Shown here: one piece after another, positions 1 to 8,595 of the stretch | Numbering within the stretch: the stretch's first letter is position 1 | How the letters are laid out: every line of letters starts with the position of its first letter | Assembly: GCF_006345805.1 (NCBI RefSeq) | Contig: NW_021827643.1 | Coordinates: 1 to 9,951, forward strand | Direction of reading: 5' to 3' | Source: Octopus sinensis | Taxonomy: Eukaryota | Length of the DNA stretch: 9,951 nucleotides | Program-made: the position numbers and the translations under genes | Notes under the pieces: generated by a model | What the model was told of the DNA's origin: nothing | The model's input: the letters and a program-made list of their open reading frames with translations, nothing else | Databases searched by the model: none

Positions 1-2664
1 TTAAGGCTCCCAAGACTACCAAACCTACAAAAGCCCCAAAATTACTGAAAAAATACAATATGAAAAACTATACTTGATATTGATGCCACCATAGAAACCA
101 TCAAACAAAAGGTATCTGCCAAAGCTGCCCGCATAGCGAGGTATGAAAAGCGTGTTAGATTTTTCAAGGACAACAAATGTTCAAAAATAACACCAAGAAT
201 TTTTACAGGAAGATAGGAAAAACAGCGTTTACTGCAGGGTCTGTACCATCAAAAGAAGAAGTGCAGAGATTTTGGAATAAAATCTGGGCAGAAGAAAAAA
301 CACACAACGAAAAGGCCCCCTGGATTGACAGAAATCTACAGAACTGGACCCCTTAGAAGTGCAAAAGTGGGAGGGTGTCAAGGTAGAAGATATAAGATCT
401 GCTCTCAGGAGGTCAAGCAAATGGAAGTCTCCAGGAAAGGATAAAATTCCTAACTTCTGGCTGAATGCCTTCCCAGAGAGCCATGAAATGCTAACAGAAC
501 TGTACAATGATGTTTTGCAACACCCTAGTAGATGCCTCCTTGGCTAGTTAATGGGTTAACATTTCTGCTTCCAAAAAGTGAAGAAACAAATGAACCAAAA
601 AACTATAGACCCATAAACCTGCTTAACAACTATGTACAAAACACTAACATCTGTCCTGACGGAATATACCTATAGTTTTTTAACAGACAGCAGCATATTC
701 CCTAATGAACAGAAAGGATGTAAACGTGGATCCTACGGCTGTAAAGACCAACTACTCATCAATAAGATGATCTTAGAAGATGTCACAAACGACACAAAAA
801 TTTATCAATAGCCTGGATAGACATAAAAAGGCTTTTGATAGCCTACCACATAGCTGGATTAGGAAATGCCTTGAAATGTATAAGATAGCACCAACTCTGC
901 GAAACTTCTTGCCTGTAAGTATGAGATCATGGAGAACCACACTAACTCTGAACAGTGACAGTGAATCCCTAAATGCTGGTGATGTAAAAATTCGTGTGGC
1001 ATTTTCAGGGTGACTCACTGTCACCACTCCTCTTTTGTTTATCCTTAATACCTCTCTCAAAGCTGCTCAATGACGCGCAGTAGGGTATAAAATGTTTGAT
1101 AAAAATATAATCATCTCGTTTACATGGATGATTAAAGCTTTTTGCAAAAATGATCAACAACTCAAGGGCTTACTAGCGATAGTCAAACATCATCAGTGAC
1201 GACATCAGAATGCAATTCGGCCTCGATAAAGTGCAAAGGCTACCTTTATCAAAGGAAAAATGACAGAAACATCTAACGTTAACCTTGACAACAGAATGTC
1301 ATAAAAGAACTAGACCCAGCGGAGAGCTACAAGTACCTAGGGGTAATTGAAGGGAACGGAATAAGGCATTCAGAGATGAAGGAAAGGATCAGGAGAGAAT
1401 GCTGTCGAAGAGTGAGAGCAATACTCAAGACAGAGCTGAATGCAAGAAACAGGATCGAAGCAATCAATGCATTAGCTATACCAGTCGTGACTTACAGTTC
1501 AATATGTTAACTGGTCAATTACTGAAATATGTCAGCTCGACAGAAAAATAAGGAAACTGTTGACAATGCATAGAATGCACCACCTAAGGCAGATACAGAA
1601 CGACTCTATCTGCCAAGAAAAGAGGGAGGCCGTGGTCTTTGCAACTGGCAATAACAATGAAGATTGCTACAATTGGCCTAGACACCTACCTGAAAAACTC
1701 TGAGGACTGGATGTTAAAACTTGTCTCAAAACATGAAAACAAGAAAGCATCATACTCAGTCACAAAACAGGCAAAGGAATATCTAAGTGAATTCCGAATA
1801 CAACCAATTTCGGAATTAGAGATAGACATACAAGAAACAAGCACAGAAAAAGCTAGGCGCATGAACACCCGTGCCAAAACTGCGGCCTTAGATATTCTGA
1901 ATAATAAATGCAAGAAAAACCTCTCTATGGCAAATACCCAAAGAGAGCGAATAATGCAGATATCGACAAAGCCCTGACCCATCAATGGCTAATGGCCTCT
2001 GGCTTAAAATCTGAAACAGAGGGGGTTATCATAGCAGCTCAAGATCATGCCTACCAACAAGAAACTACCAGGCAACATATTAAAGATCAGAAGCAGTCCA
2101 ACGTGTCGTGTATGCAAGCAACAAATGAAACCATTGACCATGTGGTCTCCAAGTGCAGTCTTCTAGCGCCTACAGAGTATCTACAGGCACGATAGAGCTG
2201 CACAATATATTCACTGGGTAATCTGTAAAAACCTGGATTTGCCCCATGAAAAAAACTGGTGGGAACACAAACCACCCCCAGTGCTTGAAAATGACCACAT
2301 CTCACTCCTCTGGAACTTCACCATTCAAACTGACAGGAAGATAGATGCAAATAGGCCAGACATCATATTGAAAGACTTCAAACAAAGAACATGCCTCCTC
2401 ATTGATATGACTGTCCCAATCGATATAAACGTATCTGTCAGGACCTACCAAAAACTGAGCAAATATAAAGATCTTGAAATAGAAATCAGCAAAATGTGGA
2501 AGCTGAAGACTAAAACAATACCTGTTGTCATAGGTGCCCTGGGAATGATAGCAAAAGGGCTGATAGCTACCTAACTCAGATACCAGGAAACCCAAAAATG
2601 GCAGAAGTTCAAAGATAGTGCTCATGGAACTGCTCATATCCTACGCAAAATACTCTCTATGTAA
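1..2664 (+). pseudogene. Frameshifted RT + CCHC + RLE polyprotein ORF of the retrotransposon
   Basis: ORF-track pieces 359-547, 780-1013, 1639-1977, 1908-2195 and 2239-2574 are consecutive fragments of one polyprotein, broken by at least 15 apparent frameshifts. Confidence 0.85.
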
Positions 2665-2888
2665 CCTCAAGGTTTAAAACAACCATAATTTTCGGTTTAA
2701 AAAAAAAAACTTTTTTTTTTTTAGACATTCATTAGTACAACATCCCCACCCCCCAAATATATGGCACACTAGGCATAACAACAACATGAACTTCCAACCC
2801 TGTTGTCTCTTGAGGTCTCTGGGTGAGACTTGGAGCCAACTTGTCAATATAAAGCAAAGTCAAACAGAATAATAATAATAATAATAAT
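1..2888 (+). mobile_element. RLE-type non-LTR retrotransposon (R4/Dong-like clade), 3' portion; 5' end lies outside the window
   Basis: Frame-hopping translation gives the ordered motifs of this class: KAARIARYEKR (~120-150), WKSPGKDKIPNFWL (~421-465), NYRPI (~601), EQKG..GSYGCKDQLLINK (~707-765), KKAFDSLPHSW (~825-860), QGDSLSP (1006-1026), YMDD (1121-1132), YKYLG (1328), RLYLPRKEGGRGL (1601-1639), a CxxC...ETIDHVVSKC knuckle (~2100-2160) and RLE NRPDII...LIDMTVP...KLSKYKDL...IPVVIGALG (~2350-2545). The ORF ends GTAHILRKILSM* (TAA 2662-2664), followed by a ~200-nt 3' UTR and an (AAT)7 tail at 2868-2888. Clade assignment rests on domain order and the TAA tail, not on phylogeny. Confidence 0.9.
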
Positions 2889-3053
2889 ATGATGATGATG
2901 ATGATGATGCTATAATGATGATGATGGTGATGATGATGATGATGATGATGATGGTGATGATGATGGTGATGATGATGATAATGATGATGATGGTAATGGT
3001 GATGATGATGATGATGATGATGATTATAATGATGATGATGATGATGGTGATGG

Positions 3054-3103
<50 letters not shown>

Positions 3104-3193
3104 GTGATGATGATGGTGATGATGATGATGATGATGATGGTGATGATGATGGTGATGATGATGATGATGATAATGATGATGATGGTGATGGTG

Positions 3194-3247
<54 letters not shown>

Positions 3248-3299
3248 GTGATGATGATGGTGATGATGATGATGATGATAATGATGATGATGGTGATGG

Positions 3300-3330
<31 letters not shown>

Positions 3331-3378
3331 GATGATGATGATGATTATAATGATGATGATGGTGATGGTGATGGTGAT
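2889..3378. repeat. (GAT)n trinucleotide array (~163 units) with GGT/AAT/TAT variants and higher-order periodicity
   Basis: Read directly from the sequence. It accounts for the poly-Met, poly-His and poly-Ile ORFs. Confidence 0.98.
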
Positions 3379-3539
3379 AGACAGTTGGTTGAATATATAC
3401 TTCAAATTGTTCTTCCAGGAGAATATAATATATTCCGATAGGTAAACATAGAAACACCTGAACTGTGGAGTTAGTGGCACGTGAACGATGTCCGTGGAAA
3501 TTTAGTTTCAGTTTCCCCTCTCCCCTCCACATGTCTTAC

Positions 3540-3706
3540 TATATACATACATATACATATATTCATACATATATACATATGCATACATACATACATACAT
3601 ATATATATGTATATATATATATAATACATATATATATATATAAATATACATATGTATATATATATATATATATATATACATATGTATATATATATATATA
3701 TATATA
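3540..3706. repeat. (TACA)n/(TA)n compound microsatellite
   Basis: Read directly from the sequence. Confidence 0.95.
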
Positions 3707-3868
3707 ATTATGTGAAATAGAAAGAAGAATAATCTTCTAGTAGATTAAACAAAGTTTACCGATACCTTAGTAGCAAAAATCACAGCAGTAAACAGCACGG
3801 TTGGAGGTACAACCATCTGGCGTTGCAACCGTGCGTTGGTGCGGATAATTGAAATTAAAACATTATTG

Positions 3869-4286
3869 GTGAATTGAAGAAATGGAGCTGAACGCAGATT
3901 GAACAAAATCGTTTTATTTCATTCTACACGTGTTTCGAAAGGCACAAATTACCAAAAGATTGAATAATGGGACCATATTGTGTCTTTCTTTCAGGAAGAA
4001 AAAAGGAAATCCGTTGGAAAAACAAAACAGAAACAGAGGCGGAGCAAAAACAAAAACAAAAACATTCGCCATGGGCTCTTAGGAGCCATGTCGATTTGTT
4101 TTTGGTTTTGCTCCGCCTCTGTTCTGTTTTGTTTTTCCAACGGATTTCCTTTTTTTCCTAAGAGGAAAGACACAATATGGTCCCATTATTCAATCGGGTT
4201 TTGGTAATTTGTCTTTCGAAACACGTGTAGAATGAAATAGAACGATTTCTGTTCAATCTGCGTTCAGCTCCATTTCTTCAATTCAC
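3869..4286. repeat. Long fold-back palindrome P1: arms ~3869-4078 and ~4083-4286, 4-nt loop TTAG (4079-4082)
   Basis: GTGAATTGAAGAAATGGAGCTGAACGCAGATTGAAC (from 3869) is the exact reverse complement of GTTCAATCTGCGTTCAGCTCCATTTCTTCAATTCAC (to 4286). Pairing continues to GGCTC-TTAG-GAGCC with scattered substitutions and 1-5 nt indels (roughly 90% identity by eye). No clear TSD. Confidence 0.95.
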
Positions 4287-4289
4287 AAC

Positions 4290-4398
4290 TATATATATAT
4301 ATATATATATATATAGCATATATAATATATATATATATGTATATATGCATAGATGTATACATGCATGCAAGCATATGTACATATCCGTATGTATGTGT

Positions 4399-4480
<82 letters not shown>
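4290..4480. repeat. (TA)n followed by (GT)n microsatellite
   Basis: Read directly from the sequence. Confidence 0.97.
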
Positions 4481-4483
<3 letters not shown>

Positions 4484-4745
4484 GGAAATTAAGAAAGTTT
4501 CGAGACAGGAGAAAAAGTATGAAAACAGCACTAGAAATTCGGGTAAAATCTCCCCTCCAGACGGAAAAAGCTATCCAGCATTCGCTAAAGAGGGCCGCTC
4601 TCTTGTCCGTTTAAAAAATGTGTGCACATGTGTGCGTATTGTGTGTGAGTGTGTGTGTGCGGAGAAAGATAGGGAGATGGGGAGAGAGATCGGGCAAGAT
4701 AAGGAATAGGAAAAATAAAGGAGAGAATCGATTCAAATATTGATA

Positions 4746-4766
4746 GATACATACATACATAAATGG

Positions 4767-4814
<48 letters not shown>

Positions 4815-4835
4815 TGTGTGTGTATACATATACAA
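4746..4835. repeat. (TACA)n/(TA)n microsatellite
   Basis: Read directly from the sequence. Confidence 0.9.
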
Positions 4836-4914
4836 TAAACACTCAAGCACACAAAGATTTTGACCATCCACACATTGAGAAAAACGCAAAGATACAGACC
4901 CGCTCACGTGACCA

Positions 4915-4957
4915 TATATGTGTGTGTGTGTGTGTATACATATATATATATATTATA

Positions 4958-5003
<46 letters not shown>

Positions 5004-5004
5004 T

Positions 5005-5046
<42 letters not shown>

Positions 5047-5089
5047 TGATAGAATAGAAAGATAGAGATAGATGATAGATGATAGATAG

Positions 5090-5130
<41 letters not shown>

Positions 5131-5190
5131 TAGATAGATAGATAGATAGATAGATATACACATGTATACATATATACATATATACACACA
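4915..5190. repeat. Compound microsatellite (GT)n-(TA)n-(GATA)n-(GA)n-(GATA)n
   Basis: Read directly from the sequence. Confidence 0.96.
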
Positions 5191-5384
5191 CAACTAGCAT
5201 GAGAGGTAGAAGTATATATATTTGCTAATCTCCAACAGATTACAGTAATATGAAACGTCACTTTCAATATGGAAGTTTTAATATGATTGAACGTAATCGG
5301 AACTCTTCTTCAGCACTCCATTGAAAACAACAAATAATGGCGGCGGTGGGGGCTGGCGTTCAAACATCAATATTTTTCAGTTGT

Positions 5385-5550
5385 TTTGGTGATTGGTATT
5401 TTGTCGGTATAATTTATTGGGTTTTCATATTCTTTCCCTTTTTTTACTTCTTTTTTCCTTTTATTTTATTTTTGTTGTTGTTGTTGTTTTGGTTACTTGT
5501 TTTGGTTGTGTCTGTGTTTTTTTTTTTCTTTTTTTTACTATTTTCCGTTC
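5385..5550. repeat. T-rich low-complexity tract including (GTT)n
   Basis: Read directly from the sequence. It explains the Phe/Leu-rich ORF 5337-5579. Confidence 0.7.
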
Positions 5551-5634
5551 TTTTTAGAAACAGTCAAAAAATACCATAAATATCATTATATTAAGAGTGG
5601 AAATATATCTCCGCAGTTTCACTCCTCACACCCT

Positions 5635-5850
5635 CCCACACACACACATACACACACAAACAAATAAACAAACAAACAAACAAACATACATACAGACACA
5701 AATCACACACACGCATACACACTCTTTCTGATACTTTTTTTTCCCTCTTTCCTTCTTTTTCTATCATTCCCTTCATTCCGTTACTGATACTCTTCTCCAT
5801 GCATAGTATGTTCACACACACACATCCACACACTCACACACAACCACAAG

Positions 5851-5883
<33 letters not shown>

Positions 5884-5970
5884 ATGTGTGCGTGTATGTA
5901 ATTTACACTATTTCGTCAGATTATTTATATATGTATATATATCTTTATATATTTATATGTGTCTATATAT
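5635..5970. repeat. (CA)n/(CAAA)n, pyrimidine tract and (TA)n microsatellites
   Basis: Read directly from the sequence. Confidence 0.85.
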
Positions 5971-6352
5971 CTCTTTACTCTTTTACTCTTTTACTTGTTT
6001 CAGTCATTTGACTGCGGCCATGCTGGAGCACCGCCTTTAGTTGAGCAACTCGACCCCGGGACTTATTCTTTTGTAAGCCCAGTATTTATTCTATCGGTCT
6101 CTTTTGCCGAACCGGTAAATAACGGGGACAAAAACACACCAGCATCGGTTGTCAAGCACACACACGCATACATATATATACATATATACGACGGGCTTCT
6201 TTCAGTTTCCGTCTACCAAATCCACTCACAAGGCATTGGTCGGCCCGAGGCTATAGTAGAAGACACTTGCCCAAGGTGCCACGCAGTGGGACTGAACCCG
6301 GAACCATGTGGTTGGCAGACAAGCTACTTACCACACAGCCACTCCTGCGCCT
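5971..6352 (-). mobile_element. tRNA-derived SINE, family A copy 1 (CORE-like central box), apparently full length
   Basis: The minus strand begins GGCGCAGGAGTGGCTGTGTGGTAAG (A-box-like), then the B box GGGTTCAGTCCC (6288-6299) and CCTTGGGCAAGTGTCTT (CORE/MIR-like box). It has an internal TA/CA microsatellite at ~6158-6190, a 3' stem-loop CAGTC-ATTT-GACTG (6001-6014) and a (TAAAAGAG)n tail at 5971-5993. A homologous copy lies at 7950-8411. Confidence 0.88.
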
Positions 6353-6465
6353 ATACATATATATATATATATATACACACACACAATTTGTCAAACATGA
6401 GCAAAATGGCATAATGGCACACAAGAACAAACTCGCACACTTGTATATCTAGCCATGTATAAAAG

Positions 6466-6816
6466 GTTAAAGACTCCCTCCGGTCACAAATGGTTATTGG
6501 GTTGCACCTAGAAAGTGTCCCCATCCCAAGCACAAGTCTGGGCAAGGTTGTTTACAGAAGGCCAGCAGTCGCCCATGCATACCAGCCTACCCTCTCCGCC
6601 CCACCACTATTATCCAAGGGAAAGGCAAAGGCCACTATAGCTTGGAACCAGTGACGTCGCAACTCATCTCTTGAGCTGAGTGAACCGGAGCAATGTGGAC
6701 TAAAGTGTATTGTTCAAGAATATAACACGCAGCCCGGTCCAAGAATCGAACACACTACATCGCAACACATCATAATTTGAAGCCCGACGCGCTAACCATC
6801 GAACCATGCGTCTTCA
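6466..6816 (-). mobile_element. tRNA-derived SINE, family B
   Basis: The minus-strand head reads TGAAGACGCATGGTTCGATGGTTAGCGCGTCGGGC (A-box-like) ... GTGTTCGATTCTTGGACCGGGC (B box GTTCGATTC), followed by TTCTTGAACAATACACTTT (variant of the central box). I recognise it as a common cephalopod-type repeat. The 3' boundary is approximate. Confidence 0.78.
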
Positions 6817-6838
6817 AAAACCGCCTGGTGTGTCGGGA

Positions 6839-6839
<1 letters not shown>

Positions 6840-6872
<33 letters not shown>

Positions 6873-6873
6873 C

Positions 6874-6904
<31 letters not shown>

Positions 6905-7180
6905 TATAATCTATATTATATATATATATAAAAATAATAATATAATATATATATATATATATATAATATATATATTATATATAATAATAATAAAAAATAT
7001 ATATATATATATATATATATTTATTTATTTTTATGTATATAAATATATATATATATGTATATATATATGTGTGTATATATATATGTTATATAATATTTTA
7101 TTTATATATTATGTATAAAAATATATATATATATGGTGTATATATATGTATATAGATATATGTATGTATGCTGTATATAT
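6840..7180. repeat. Degenerate (TA)n microsatellite
   Basis: Read directly from the sequence. Confidence 0.96.
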
Positions 7181-7309
7181 ATAGTTATGTTGTATTCTGT
7201 TAGACTCATGTTACAGTACAGTATAGAGCTCGCCCACCATTGGAATAAACCAGTAGTATAGGTGGTATTATTATAAACTTCGAACCCTAAAATTGAGCTT
7301 TCGACGTGT

Positions 7310-7902
7310 GTGAATATAAAACTGAAGAAATCGAAGTAAGGTTGGACATTCGTTTATTATTCTCTACATATGTTTCGACACAACGAAGTTCTCCGAGAAT
7401 AGAGTTATTTGACTATTCAACTGTTTGTTTGCATAATGAGATCTAATGGTGTTTCCTCTGGCGATATACAAGTGTTGCCTCCGCTAGTTTAAAATCTCTG
7501 ACGTCAAGGTTATCCTCTCTGTTTGTATCACTTTGAATTTGGTTTCCTACTTTGGGATGTGTAGGAAATTCACATGTGTAGCCATCCATGTAGGACAAAC
7601 CTGAAATACAAAGTGATAGAAGAGAAAACACCTGAAAGGCTAGCCTGTGCCACACGCTACCTTCCATTGCATCACAGCTCGCAACACGAAGATTTCAACA
7701 ACAACCAAATACAAAATACTGTAGATGGCCTTGAAGTCGAAGCTTTTAAAGTAACAGAGACAACACTTGTATATCGCTCAAGGAAGCACAACTACATCTC
7801 ATTATGCAAACTAACAGTTGCATAATCAAACACCTGTGTTCTTGGAGGACTACGTTATGTCGGAACAATTGTGGCGAATAATAAACAATTATCCAAACGT
7901 AC
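7310..7902. mobile_element. Imperfect inverted-repeat element P2, probably a Penelope-like element (PLE) 3'-end remnant with an inverted copy
   Basis: ~7334-7544 is the reverse complement of ~7703-7902 (about 75% identity by eye; e.g. GCGATATACAAGTGTTG vs CAACACTTGTATATCGC, TTTGCATAATGAGAT vs ATCTCATTATGCAAA). The + arm translates H..S.H.DFNN.QI...L.VEAFKV..TLVYR, loosely like the C-terminus of PLE GIY-YIG endonucleases, then has a stop (7823-7825), a CGGAAC-AATT-GTG motif and AATAAA (~7880). The inverted repeat is certain; the PLE identity is inference. Confidence 0.55.
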
Positions 7903-7949
7903 TCCCTCTTCCTGAGCCCAATTCCTTCAATTATCTATAAATATATAAC

Positions 7950-8195
7950 TTATTTTATTTTGTTACTTTTTCAGTCATTTGAATGCGGCCATGCTGTAGC
8001 ACCACCTTTAGTCAATCAAATCGACCGCCAGGACATATTCTTTGTAAGTCTAGTACTTATTCTATTGGTTTCTTGTGCCGAACAGCTAAGTTACGCGGAC
8101 GTAAACTCAACAACATCGGTTCTCAAGTGATAGTGGAAGGAGAAAACAAGCCATACAAATACATACATATGTATGCACACTTACACACACACACA

Positions 8196-8250
<55 letters not shown>

Positions 8251-8411
8251 GACGTGCTTTTTCAGTTTCCATCTATCAGATCCACTCGACAGGATTTGGT
8301 CAGCTCGAGGCTATAGTAAAGAGATTTGCCGAATATGCCACGCAGTAGGACTGAAACCCGGAACCATCAGATTGGGAGGCAAGCTTTTTACACAGACCCA
8401 CTCCTGCACCT
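7950..8411 (-). mobile_element. tRNA-derived SINE, family A copy 2 (more degenerate boxes)
   Basis: Collinear with 5971-6352: CAGTCATTTGAATGCGGCCATGCTG, TCTTTGTAAG..AGTACTTATTCTAT, TTCAGTTTCC, GAGGCTATAGTA, GGACTGAAACCCGGAACCAT and CACTCCTGCACC. The internal microsatellite is expanded (~8150-8248). Confidence 0.88.
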
Positions 8412-8511
8412 ACATAGATAGACAGACAAACAGAGATTGATAGATAGATATATATTAGATATGTGTGTGCGTATGTGTGTATGTGTGTGTGAATGCCTGT
8501 GTGCCTGTATG

Positions 8512-8595
<84 letters not shown>

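Noticed and set aside
229-2637. Minus-strand ORFs 229-507, 773-1060, 1686-1985, 2087-2305 and 2302-2637
   Set aside because: They are antisense shadows of the LINE ORF with no recognisable motifs.
2732-3532. Poly-His (266 aa), poly-Ile (206 aa) and poly-Met (176 aa) ORFs
   Set aside because: They are translations of the (GAT)n array in stop-free frames, with no flanking domain or splice context.
3967-4207. ORFs 3967-4161, 3980-4207 and 3991-4173 with mirrored sequences
   Set aside because: They are by-products of palindrome P1 and its low-complexity A/C tract.
4289-5267. IY/VC/TH/LSIY-rich ORFs here and at 3465-3707, 6777-7118 and 8388-9101
   Set aside because: They are translations of dinucleotide and tetranucleotide microsatellites.
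5285-5325. CTGAAGA (minus strand, ~5307-5313), CTGATGA (minus strand, ~8732-8738) and CTGAAGA (7322) as hammerhead cores
   Set aside because: None is followed by a correctly placed GAAA, helix III, NUH and a closing helix I.
5337-5579. ATGGCGGCG start and hydrophobic 80-aa ORF resembling a membrane peptide or first exon
   Set aside because: The hydrophobicity comes from a T-rich tract. There is no convincing splice donor, promoter context or homology.
6280-6352. tRNA-like sequences here and at ~6740-6816, ~8340-8411 and 9159-9225
   Set aside because: No complete cloverleaf or acceptor stem is present, and each continues into a SINE body, so these are SINE heads and not tRNA genes.
5959-6414. 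151-aa ORF, and similarly 7983-8348 and 9155-9361
   Set aside because: They are chance open frames across SINE copies.
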